Assembly (NCBI GenBank): GCA_050084515.1
Contig: CM114271.1
Location: 43,214,001 to 43,278,000 of the forward strand
Source: Blasia pusilla
Taxonomy: Eukaryota
Direction: 5' to 3'
Length of the DNA stretch: 64,000 nucleotides
The notes beneath the pieces are model-generated. The model did not search any database and was not told where the DNA came from. It saw only the letters and a program-made list of their open reading frames with translations. Both the position numbers and the translations under genes were made by a program. Below are positions 11,101-23,300 of the stretch, piece after piece; the first letter of the stretch is position 1; each line of letters opens with the position of its first letter.

Positions 11101-13544
11101 AAGGGTTGAACTGGAATATTATGCTCCCATGTGCAAAGCTACCCTCCAAAGGAAACCAAACCACATCACATGCCATGCACAAACTTCACCTACTCTTATC
11201 GGTGGGTACTCGGAATCGCCGAGTATGGTGTCTTCCCTCCCCATCCCTACCTTCTCCCTCACGCAGCGGGGACGTGTTCATTCTTGCTTGGGTCTCCGAA
11301 CCAAACGGATCAATTTCTTGAACCAAATGGCCACACGTTGCTTATTCGTATTGTGGCTGTTGAGTAGCAGGAGATCAACTATACTCTCGAACAGGAGCTC
11401 ATTCGTGAATGCGAAAGAAGCATATGCTCTTGACACGTACGGTGACCCAGGACCAGTAGAGCGTCTTGGCTTAGAGTTATGATGAGCGCCTTGCCCTTCC
11501 CTGGCCTTCACAAAAGCTACAATTGTCAAGCAAATAGACATCTACGTGTGGATCAAACGAATGACAGGTAAAATTCTTCGAGTAAGGGACCCAAAAGATC
11601 AACGTTTAGCGTGCCTCATTCCCTTTCCTCCTACAAGGCTACACGTTCGAGGGACTAAACGTAAGAAACCCAAGGTGGTTGCCGGTTTGGTAAGGAGATG
11701 GGAAACACGAAAAATGAAACCAAAATAAGATTGAACGTCGGGTGGATCAGTTGAGTTTAGGTATTTGGATTATTGAGCTTGTGCAGCTACGAGTAAGCGA
11801 TCAGATCATCCCAAATCCACTTAGCCTCATCCGAAAACCACTTCGCTCGTGAGAAATGTACACTCTTGGACTACGTTCATCTACTTCACGACGATGATTC
11901 TACCAAGACTAAATGCGTGCTGTATGCATCTGGTCTCTTGTGTGCTGGTTTTATGTTCCTTTTAATTCTCCTATCGCACCAGGTTATGCTCAAATTCGCC
12001 TTCACCTTGACTGGTACGCTTGAGCCTGCACGAAACCATGGGGCTTTGCGGTCAAAGTTTTCGGGGGAGTAGTGCGGATTCGAAGCTTAGCAGTACGAAA
12101 TTCTGGTTCGCAAGCCAATGTGGACCACGTCACCATCAATTCCTTGAGCGGTGATACTTCGATGCAGATTGGGATGGCCAAGTCAAATGCGGGAATTTCA
12201 CACAATCTGACGATGAGGTAAGAACAAATCCAATTATGGAATCATGTAAACATGGGAGGTTCCCAATTTTGGTGGCGTGCCACTCCAAAAGACCACCACG
12301 AACAACCTAAAGATAACTCTTTCATTGTGGTACTTTGTCCGCCTTCGTGGGGAACTGGCCCATGTCATCTTCTTGTTTGTGAGTGAGTGTTCATCTTATC
12401 TTCTCAGTACGCATTAATCATTAATAGTCCAACCCTAAGCAAGGCAAATTGCCCCCTCCACCTTTGGTAAAGCAATCCTCACTGTTCAAGAAGCGTATTA
12501 AATCAGCTGGAAGTATGATCAACAGCCTCAGCTACGGCTCCATGTAGACTCCTAGTGCAGGCTTAGATTCAAGAAAAGAATCTAATCTCTTATCTTTTCT
12601 TTTGGAGGTCCAGATTCTGGGAGTGAAGGATCTGCTCTGCAAGTTCTCCGTGAGATTGGAGCACGACTTTGCCCGTACGGTTGGTTGTTCCTAATTCATG
12701 GACGACAGAGGGTTCGGCGTCCTACGGACTTCTGAGCGCAGGCGCATTTCAAGGTAAATGTTTACAGGATTCGCAGTAGGGTTGAAGTGCTGACGAATGA
12801 CATGGTGAGATTCAATCATGGGCAGTAGAGTCTTTGCTGCAAGAGAGGGAAAGGAATTCGGGTAGCGTGGGCTCTGGGAGTGTCCATGAAAAGAGACAAT
12901 CCCAGGGGTGCAAGGTATCTGCAGACGATGAATCGGGCGCTGGATATTAGGTTCTTGCAAAGATCTATGAAGCTTGTCGAATGCTCAGTGTATGCGAGAG
13001 TGGATTTGAGGGACGGTTGCATGGAAGTAGACTCAAACAGCGGGATAAGGTGCAGGGCAGCGCTCTTAGTTTGGTAGAGGGTTTTCGGGTAGAGAATGAC
13101 AGTAGATTGTGTCGAATGGTTTTCTAGAATTGCTAGAAGCTTTTGATTCGGAGTTTGGGGTCAGGTACTCCGGGAAAACCTCTTCGATTAGCGTAGAGAG
13201 CGTTTCACTTCACAATCGGGAGCAGTTTCGAACGCTGGCAAGCATGGGATGCTGCAGGCACAGATTGAGCGGTATCTGACCAGTGTCGGTGGTGACACGG
13301 CGCTTTTTCTCGCGAGGAGACCAGAATTGATGAGAAAATTGCGGAGATTCTCTCTGGTTGGTGAGAGGGATACTCGCCGTTTGTTCTGATTTTGCTTGGC
13401 TGTGTGTTCAGGTTTGCTCCAGGCTCAAGGATACCGAGGACGACGATTTAATAGTGTCTCGTTAGGGAAGTAGTTCGTAGCTTGCGAATTTATTCCGTCG
13501 GGGAAAGCTGTGAGGAAATTGTGGGAGCGCAGAAGCAGCAAGTT

Positions 13545-14066
13545 ATGGCAGGATTCGGAGGGACTGCCGTGCTGCGCGCTATCAATACCGTCGTTCCTTT
13601 GAACATTACGTGTGGTCCGGCTTTTCTGGATGCTTCATTCTCCAAGAAGGTGAAGAAGACTGCAATTTATCCGTGCCTGGAAAATGGATTATCGATCACC
13701 AGAGGGAGGAAACGAAGGCTTGAAATAGCAGCGGGCATAGACGAGGACGAGGGCAGTAACTCTGAGAAGGATTCAGAGCAAACTCGAAGGGGAGGGGATA
13801 AGGTGGATTGGGATAAAGCCTGGACCCGCTTCAGCAACCCAACGAAGAAGAAAACCTTTCTAAATTTCGACATGGACAAGTACGTCAGTCGTAGGCCTGA
13901 GCACTCTAACTACCCCCTTTCTGAGGAGGTCGATCCTCTTCGTAAGGCCGAGAGGTCAGCCTTGGGAGCATGGACGGATCCCAAGTTCACATATGCGTTA
14001 GTTGGTGTCATTGGTGCTCTTTTCGTTTACATGGTGATTATAGTTGGGCCACCGCCCAGTAAATAA
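13545..14066 (+). CDS. Uncharacterised probable plastid protein with a C-terminal transmembrane helix (173 aa, single coding exon)
   Basis: In-frame ATG at 13545 and a transit-peptide-like N-terminus. The block VDWDKAW..DKYVSRRP..YPLSEEVDPLRKAERSAL..WTDPKFT resembles a conserved plant family as I recall it, and is followed by hydrophobic YALVGVIGALFVYMVIIV. Confidence 0.8.
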   Translation: MAGFGGTAVLRAINTVVPLNITCGPAFLDASFSKKVKKTAIYPCLENGLSITRGRKRRLEIAAGIDEDEGSNSEKDSEQTRRGGDKVDWDKAWTRFSNPTKKKTFLNFDMDKYVSRRPEHSNYPLSEEVDPLRKAERSALGAWTDPKFTYALVGVIGALFVYMVIIVGPPPSK

Positions 14067-17000
14067 GTTCCAAATTGCATTCATAAGTGCCTGTAAATTA
14101 TCCAACTGTACCACTAGTCAAATTACTCTGCATCTCGATCATGTAGTTGTGAAGTACTTTACACCAGGTACCATCCATCTGGTCACATCTGCGATGCCTG
14201 TTTGCAATCTTTTGGAGTGCCTCTTGTCCGTCGTATTTTCTGAGATGCGGATTGTAGGTATCCGCTTATGCTCCATTCACATCTCTAGTGCATCCTCATC
14301 TGCTCTCTCTTTGTTGCGTCAATAGAGTTTGTGCAGCTGTGGAGTGGATTTAGATCGTTTTCTTTGGTTCAACTCCGTGTCACAAAGGAGATGCATGATA
14401 GTTGAAGACTGCAATTCTATTTTCCTTGCAGTCATTTAGATACTCAGATTTCAGGATTCAGCTTTTCATTCAGATCTGCTCGCATCTTGTCAAAGTGGAT
14501 GATTTGTAGTCTCCAGTCCACTAATTCAGACGTGGCTTGATGGTTGTTCGTCTTGTTTACTACACATGGCACAAGATTTGGAAGATTCTTTTCGACGACT
14601 TGGTATGAGACCTACATACTACCTACAGACATTAAATAGTCCTTTCCTGTGGTTGTAAATTTCTGGGGAACTGTCTTTTTAATTCTTCAAGACATGGATG
14701 GGAACCTATTGACAGAGCTGAAGATGAACGCATCAATTTTGATGAGATACTCATCCAATTTTGCGTAGATTCCCAAAAGGAACTCGAGGAACACATAGGA
14801 GTGGTTCACTATCTTGTGAGGATTCTTAAATGTGTAGCCAAGAGTACTGGCAAGGTTATGAGTGTCTTCCGCACGGACATCAGATCACAAGACGTGGACA
14901 GGAACCCTTGGACTGCATTGAAAAGGTTCACTATTTTGTGAGGGTGATGAGTGTCTTCCTCACAGAGATCACTAATTCTTCCCTTGTAATGTCGCCGCAT
15001 CTTCCATGGGTTGTACCAACGTTGTGGAAGCTCTGAGCGGTTGCTGTTATATCCTAGGGCTAGAACGTACATAAAGAATACGCCTGAAATTGTTGCGGAA
15101 ACTATAGAGCAAAAGAACCTTCCGCTGCTTCATCGTAACTCATCGTGTAGAACTTTTAGTATGGTCAAATTTTTCCTGTGCCTGAATTCGGCTTTCTCAC
15201 TAATCACGCCCATGCTACCCGTATGCTGGTTACATTCTCCGTCCGAAGAGAGCAAGTATTGGTTTTAGGCACGTAACCAGGGCTGACATGTGCCACATCA
15301 AGCAGGAATCTCTACGCCAATTTGTTACTAGTGGCGCATCGAAGGAGTTTTCCTTTTTCGTCCTAGAGAAGAAACGGAAGGACTCAAAGTCACTGATGGT
15401 TCGTGTGTGTGTAGGAATTAAAAATGTAACGCACCTTACTCCAATTCATGACCTGTGTGCCTCCCTCGCACTCTGAAGAGTTCGGTTTATTTCTAGTACC
15501 TTCGCCTTTGCCATCGCCTGGAGCCCGAAGTTCTTACTTCTGTCAGCTCTAGTAGTCATTATCTGCAGACCCGACAGGGTCCTGTGAGTTCGGGTGGTAA
15601 AATTTGCACACGTGATGCAACAGTGGCTCGAGATTGCTCTCATACGCGAAAGTTATGGCCCATTAGTGAAGGACGATCACATTTGAGATTGGGCTTGGTA
15701 CCAATCAAACTTTGCTTTCCTACCATTCGTGTATCTGATTGAGAACTTATGGGTGAGGTGCTGCACTGCATCCGATATGGCTATCATGAAAAGGTTTCGA
15801 AGCAGGTGGGAGGGGAGGCAGATCACGCCATGCGTCAACCTAGCTCTTCTGCGAGGCCTGGACCAGGAAAGTCGAGCGGAGGTGAGACAGGTCAAGCCAA
15901 CGTGAGAGCATCCAGACCTTCATTTGGGGTTCTCAAAATCGGTGGAGCCCTGGTCCGATTGTGCGCGGTGTATCTGGTTCGGAAATGATATACCTTTTTG
16001 GGTTACATCTCAGACAATAATGTAGAGGAGAACATCTATGACTACGAGATGAGTACCAACTCCTTGGTATTGACAGGAACTAAAGTAAAATTCAGCGATG
16101 GAAGTCATGTCGGGCCTAAAACTCGCAAGAACAAGGACACATCAAGGCTCGGAGTAGCAGGATGTGGGTGTATAGGTGTGCTTTTGAAGATGTTGATGTG
16201 AAGTGATCTTGCCTCGGGTCCAGCGGGTTCATCTGCTCAATCTGTCACTCCCAGAAGCCTCACTCCCTCGACGAAGAGTTTCAGCCAGCCAATATTCTGG
16301 GACGATCCCGAACAAAATCTCTGCGCTTTGATCAGAAACTTGGGGTAATTGGACGAGGGAGCCCTGAAGCTCTTAACCTCGGCACTGCGGCCAATTGCAG
16401 CTACGACACTGCCATGGCGTCAGAAACTCAGTGGCGTTTTTAGGCATACAGAAAGCTTCATGGCTTCATTGATAATCAATTAGGAAGACGTGACTTTCTT
16501 GGGAGATTTGTGAGAATTATCAACACGTCTGCACCGATTATGTCTCGCATAATGTTCACTTCTTTTAAGACTACGTCTGTGGGTTCCAGAGTAATATCTA
16601 ATCCTAGTTGTCTGGTCCTTATCGCGAGTGGGTAAAAGGCTACCATCAAGTAACTGAGCTGGTGAATCATGTGCGTATTTGAGAAACTGTTCCAGAGGTG
16701 AAGGAACAGGGAACTGCAGTGATGTACACAATGTGTAATCCGCTCCACAAATGGACGGAGAAGAACTCAGCTCAGGACTTTAAAACTAAAGAATGTGGGA
16801 ACGTTCATTGCGACGAATCTGGAAAGATAGGATCATCGGAGTTGTATCTCTCGCCAAACCCTAAGGCAACTCGCTCTTGCAACGTTGAGGGCTTCAATCC
16901 TGCCAGATCCTTGCATGTACTGAACCCCCACTACTCTGTAGATTCCCATGGTATAAGAGTGAGATTCAAGAGGGTTGGGTCAACGGAGTTATGTGCCAAT

Positions 17001-17256
17001 CGGAGGTAACGTGCCGTAAAACCAAATCCTGCATTTGCTCATGGAGCTGCTGGAAATGAATTGGGATCTTGCCACTGCAGATGCCTTTTAGCTGCCGGGG
17101 ACGGGGGCAGGGTGTGTTGCTCGAGTCAAGTCTCCTGCTCTGGCATGGCGCATGGCTAGGCACGGAGAGAAGAGTCGTCGGACGATTGCTACTTCGGGAC
17201 CGAGAATTGAGGAGAGTGGTTGAGAGATACTGAAACCTTGAGATTGAAGGGAGGTA

Positions 17257-18444
17257 CTAGACAGTGGCATCCAATCTGGGTTCAAAGGCAATGCCATCAA
17301 TAAGGCCATATCTCAAGCGGTGATCGGCCAGAGGGCAGCCGGGCAAGCGGCGCCACACTCGTTTACTCAAGTCATACAACAACACCAACCTATCGCGGCC
17401 TCGAACGATGAGCAACACCAGTCCATCACTCCCAATACAGATGAACCTCTTGCCACCGCAGAGAAACTCGTCGCACAGAATCTCCGGCATTCGATCCACC
17501 TCCTTCCACTCCAGCTCCGTTCTCTGGAGCTCCCAGATGCAGATGCTCTTGGTGACGCTGTTTTCCCTCAACCCCCCCACGGTGTAGATCTTCCCCTGCG
17601 ACTCGATGAGCATATGGCTGTCTAGGGAGTGCCTCATAGGTGCGTGTATCTGGCTCCAGGTGCCCTCCATCATATCGTAAACGACGAGCCCGTCAGGAGG
17701 ATCGCAGCACCAAGAATACAGGATCCCATCGCACAGCAGAGTGCGGCGAGATGGGAATAATGGCCCCCTTGGAATGTCGCTCGTGATGCTCCAAGCGTTC
17801 GTGTCGGAGTTGAAAACCTCCGTCGTTGGATAGTAGACGTCGTAGATGCCGTAAATTCCCACCACCACGATCTTGTACACTTTGGTTTGGCGATTGACCA
17901 CCATACCGGCCATGTGGTACGTTTGAATGCGCAGCATGGGGGGAAGCTCCCTCCATCGTCTGGTTATTGGGTTGGCCACCACCAGAGTAGTGCGACCGTT
18001 GGTGCAGGAGCTGAAGCACAACAGGCCCCCGGCCGAAGCTATGGGGAGGAACATTTGGTTGACGGGGAGCGGAGGGGGGACGACACTAACCCATCGGTTG
18101 AAATTGGGGTTGTACGTGGACGCTTCTCGGTAGTCCTGGTTGCGGAACATAAAGAACCACGGGCCTTGAGAGGGCCCCTTGGCGTACAACTCTAAGAATG
18201 TTGGGGAGTAAACTAGGGAGTACCAGGACTTGCAAACGGATCGCAATCGGAAGAGGCTGGGGATGGAGAGGTGCGCAAGAATCCGCTCCATCAGATGCTC
18301 TGGTAAGTTGCTCCAGAGCGCCGGGTCCATCGTCACGTTGTTGAATCCTGAGGACTGCATGTACATTGGGACGGCGTCCTCGTAATTCTCCACTTTCTGC
18401 ATTTCCAGCGCCCGTGTCATTGCCCGCGTGACCACCCGGGCCAT
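17257..18444 (-). CDS. F-box/kelch-repeat (F-box associated beta-propeller) protein
   Basis: F-box WSNLPEHLMERILAHLSIPSLFRLRSVCKSW, then ASAGGLLC, VANPITRRWRELPPM and a typical C-terminus AFEPRLDATV. The frame stays open upstream of ATG 18444, so the start is uncertain. Confidence 0.92.
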   Translation of the reverse strand: MARVVTRAMTRALEMQKVENYEDAVPMYMQSSGFNNVTMDPALWSNLPEHLMERILAHLSIPSLFRLRSVCKSWYSLVYSPTFLELYAKGPSQGPWFFMFRNQDYREASTYNPNFNRWVSVVPPPLPVNQMFLPIASAGGLLCFSSCTNGRTTLVVANPITRRWRELPPMLRIQTYHMAGMVVNRQTKVYKIVVVGIYGIYDVYYPTTEVFNSDTNAWSITSDIPRGPLFPSRRTLLCDGILYSWCCDPPDGLVVYDMMEGTWSQIHAPMRHSLDSHMLIESQGKIYTVGGLRENSVTKSICIWELQRTELEWKEVDRMPEILCDEFLCGGKRFICIGSDGLVLLIVRGRDRLVLLYDLSKRVWRRLPGCPLADHRLRYGLIDGIAFEPRLDATV

Positions 18445-20378
18445 TCTTCTTCGCAATCCTCTTTTCCCCCTCAGAATACCCTCCTCATCTTGGTCGTCAC
18501 CATTTCGCTCCTGAAGCTTACCCGTGGCGAGCTTTCTTCACGTCATTCCGAGGTCTCTGGTATCTGATAGAAACACATCCATAATCAATTCAGCTCTGCG
18601 GCATGGTGGGGAACTGAAATCGGCCGCTCTAGAAGATCTCCGCACCATAATAGAACAGTGTCAGGGTACGTATCAGACAGAAACTTCCACGGTGGCATTG
18701 ATCAAATGTACAATGCAAGCGCGAACAAAAGCCACTTTTTGAATTTCAATCTCGAGGCCAGCCAGGAAACAAATCGACCAGGCAAAGGGAAATTCGCCGA
18801 GTCAGGAATTTGTATTACCGCCAGAGATGAGGAAACAAACTCCAAGGCACGGATCTCTTGGAGGGATTAAATCCAAGGCACGGATTTCACATCCCTCAAC
18901 TAGGAAGAGAATGCTAGGAACCTCCGATCCGAGGAATCCATTAAGATATTATGTTGTCTATCTCCACGAAAGGAAGGCAATAGGAGCAAAACAATGGACC
19001 GAAATCGAGAATCATTTGGACTGGAAGAAAAACAACGGGAGGGGACTCAAAGAGACGCACCAGTCAGTCCGACGGACCCCAGAGACGGCCACCGTGGGTA
19101 TGCCCCTACCAGAGATTCCAAAAGACCCTCCACACCACCATGCTCTCTTTCTTCCTACACCATCCTGCTCCCGTCACCTACAACAACCGGTCAAATAGCA
19201 AGCTTCCAACGTACCCATTGGCAGTAACTGCACCTCGAACCCTTTCTTCAGCCTCTGCACTCCTTGTCTCCTCGTCCATGACTCTAGAAGTGCTCGATGA
19301 TTCCGGTCCTCCAGTCACGAATGACTTCGCACTAACAGGTCTGGACCAAAGTTGACAGTTGACAAATAGGAGTACTGTCAACTTGTTGCTGTCATGGATC
19401 GTCTTTGGATGTACACCAATTCCATGCTTGACCTGCTTTGTGTGATTCTTGGCATAACACTTCAAACGCATAGGCCTCCGTGATGTGTTCCATGTCTTTG
19501 GTCGTACAGTCCGACAACATTTTAAATAAATCTTTTGATCTGGATTAATCTATTACGGTTCCCAGGAAGCTGTATGATTTTCTCTTGCCCACGGGTCTAC
19601 AAGTAACAAAACCGGCGTATTCCATGCGCCGTGTGGAGCTATCCTCCGACTTTGCTCTAGCCCTTGCGTACACAGAGAAGTCCGCCTCATGGGACGTAGT
19701 GTTTGAACCTGGGTAACACGAACGAGTGCTCCATGCGATCCCTTCATGTTACAGCCTCCGCAGCTCACCGATTGCAGACATTTGAACCTCATTTTCGCGT
19801 GGAACTCCTGATGCACACAAAAAGACCTGTCGTCTATTTACTTTCTATCATCTACTAGCTCTGTTTTGACCTCCTGCGTGACAGTTCGCTTTGACAACGA
19901 GGATATTTCAGACTTCTCTAACCCATCCATTCATTTGGGATTCTTACAGATGAGACCCATGACCAAATGGGAGCTACCTTTTTGGTTGGCTTCTAGTTAC
20001 AACCTGTACGACGCGAGGATGGGCCACAACGAATGTGCTGTTTGGTTCGTCTTGGAGTGTTATCCAGTCACTGACGCGGAGACCCGACGCCCAAAGGAAA
20101 GGCCGTCAATGCATCCCAAGTAGAGATTCTCTGACGCACCGCACCATCCAGGTTTTCAACTGTCCCACATAGTGCTGGTGCACAGTAGCTTGTCTAAACC
20201 CAAGAACATAGTGCAAGACATTAGAAAGAGCTCGGGGGACAGAGATTATTTGGTAGAGCAAGACTCTACTTCAAATTAAATTTATATCAAACAGCGAATT
20301 TCTCGATGGAAAGTGCCGATTAAAGTCTACACTACAAAGAATCTCCTATTTATCACCGGGGGACAACTAATCTCCTCC

Positions 20379-23300
20379 TTATCCCAATAGCCGCGACAGA
20401 GTCCTTATTTCCTCCCCGTTACCATTGGTGAGGTAGAACAGTTTTCTGATGTCTTCTTCAGACGGCTGCTTGAAGGTCATCTTTCTACTGTAACACCACA
20501 AAAAGAGCAGACGTTAGTCACATTCTCATAACGAGAGAGTCCCTGTGTACTTGACCTCCAAACCAATAAGGTGCAGGGAGCGATTGGATCCGTCTGAAGT
20601 TATGCAACCAGAAACTGGACGGCGCATATATCCTTCAGTTCCATATTCCATAAACATCCTACTGGTTTAGGATCTTCAAAAGAGCTTAGAGTAGGTGCTG
20701 AAGCCTCACCTGTGGTAGTAATTCATTGCTGCTGTGGCCTCCTCAAGATTGTATCTTTGAATGGTGAATCGGACGTTTTTGGGGATTCCTGGTAAGTGAA
20801 CAGGGAGCTTTCCCACCGCTAAAGACTGGGAAAATGCACACGCCATCATCAAGGGGCCCTCCATAATTCTAAAAGCATTTACCTGTCAAAGAGAGCCCCA
20901 GATTCAGTCCTCATCCATGATTAAACCTTAGCCACATGGCACTTATTAGGGGTATTGTGAGCACTCACTTAGTGGAGGTATGTGCTGCTCAGATTGACCA
21001 CGTAGAGTTTCTACAAAAATACAGTCAATTGGGAGAAATGAACATACACTTGCCTATTCAACAACTCTCATCCACACAAAACAAGATAAACTTGGAGAAG
21101 GTTAACGGAAACTTAAACCATTGATACTTCTCGTGCATGGATAGGCCGCCGAGACCTTGTTCCAGTGGCTTCATGGTAATGGCTGAAAGTGAACCAGCTA
21201 TTGAACTGTCAAAATCAGGTAAAGCCCACAAACATATTAGCAACCTGGCACCGTTGCATGCAGCAGCAGGTCCTTCATGACGGTAAATCCTTTCAAATGT
21301 AAATGTAACTCTGGAATAGAAACCAAAAATATCTACTACCAGATCAACACAGAAATCATCGCAGGCTGAACAGGAATGTTCATTTATATAATGACTTAAC
21401 GACTGTGAAAAAGTTGGTTTCAGAAAATTGTTCCACAGTATTTGTGAATGGGTATCATTGCAAGGATTGGTATAAACCGTCGCCACATATGAAACATACC
21501 TCATCAATGCAAATAAGAACAGGTGCCTCCTTCACCAAGGAAAGTTCCTCACGCAATCTCACCACAACACTGACAGATGCCTGTGAAACTGCAATACCTT
21601 TCTCCACTAAGTCTTTAAGGGTAGCCCCATTTGGAAAGGATACTTCCTGTATACCACGCATTCGGCCCACACCTGCTCCTTCACCCAGTTGTATGGGCTT
21701 GAGGACACGGCATGGAATAGAAGCCAGAAGAGTTCCTTGACTTTTCAGAAATCCCTGAGAGGAAAACCATCCATAACAGCATATTTAAATGTGTGCTTGA
21801 GAATAACTCAAGTTATCTTATTAAGGGAGGCATCGCATATACTACTCCATAATTTTCGTCTACTAAAAAGTCGACACCACAACCTAAACCTCAGGGATAA
21901 AGGCTCTTGCTTTCTGTTTCTATGGCTCATGGTAAGCTAATAATAGGAAGATCTGCAAACTACGACGTAACCTCTTCCTAGAACACACTGCCACAAGATC
22001 AACCTCCAGCTCTAGCTCTGCAAACAAGATCGTCCATAGAAATCTTTTAAAATCTGGAGTTTACCTCGAGAGCGATTTTGGCTTGTACAGGTGTGTCCCA
22101 CAAACCAGTCTGTTCATTTTTGTAGTACATTCCCCCACTTGTCCAGTCTCTTCCATTTGGGACATAAAATACCAACCACCCCTGCATTCTTGCCCAGTAC
22201 ACTAGCATTGCCAAAGAAGCACTTTTTCCAGACTTGATAAAGCCCTCCAAAAGACATTGAGGTCGATGCTTTGAACCTGACCAAGAAAAGAGTCAATCTC
22301 CAACTTAATAACAAGAACTTACACTATTAGCTAGGACAATCTTGGCTGACAAGACGGTCCCAAATGTCTTCCACTCAACTGTATGAGTTGGAAAAACGAA
22401 CCATAATGTGGCTCTAAAATAATGAGATATGGAATTCCAAAATTATCATGAGTACCAGTCCTGGAACAAAGAGACCCATTTGATAACTTCCCAGTGAAAG
22501 CATGCCCACTCGGCAATTAATTGATGTGGTGCCACCCCAACCAATTTGTCTCTTGTAGAACAAACGTTGATTCCTATCGACTGACAAGATTACTGGTACT
22601 ACAGCAACAGGATTAACTGCCACACACAGTTCTCTATGGCTGGACACACTTAGCTGCCAATGCTAGAATAGACACTCAAATCTTTCACGAAAATCAAGTG
22701 ACCATCACCGAAAGCACAGTACACATACGAACAAAAATGAAGTTGGTAGTAGGGAGGTGATATGCCTATGTTGGGGGAGGGGGGAGAGGCACTACTTTGG
22801 AGCTGACAAATGAGGTGCTGAGTCCATACAAGAGATTTCCATTCAAGTTCAGCAATCCGATGGCCATGCAAGTGCATCATCGAAGTTGACGGCAGTAATG
22901 ACAATATTCATCCCGAATGGAGCGGATACAGTCTGACCGAAGAACTGTTACTCGCCTAACTTCAAAAAGCAGTAGAATTCAGGGGATCACTTTTAGAATC
23001 CCTTCAATACCGCTTCTCAAATCTAGTGTGATGAGAGATTTGAGATAGACGATAGCATTGTGATGCAAGAAGCTAACAAGAGAAGTCTAACCAAAGAGGG
23101 CAGTGCAACTTTCCAAAAAGATGCTGGTGGTAAAAATCTCCAGTGTGATTATGAATTACAAATAATACAAACGATGGTGGCTGTTTGAACATAATCAATA
23201 GGGGAGTCACGCAACACACTCACGACGAGGTGCAAAAAGTACTCCTTGGATCGTCAGTGGCCAGGCCTGGTCTAGTCACGCTGTCGGCGAAAGATTCAGT

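Noticed and set aside
15700-16460. Short ORFs between the plastid-protein gene and the F-box gene
   Set aside because: No recognisable domain or consistent exon chain.
19215-19279. Possible upstream coding exon of the F-box gene (MDEETRSAEAEE..)
   Set aside because: The donor phase (2) does not match the nearest acceptor at 18511 (phase 0). Unsupported without RNA data.
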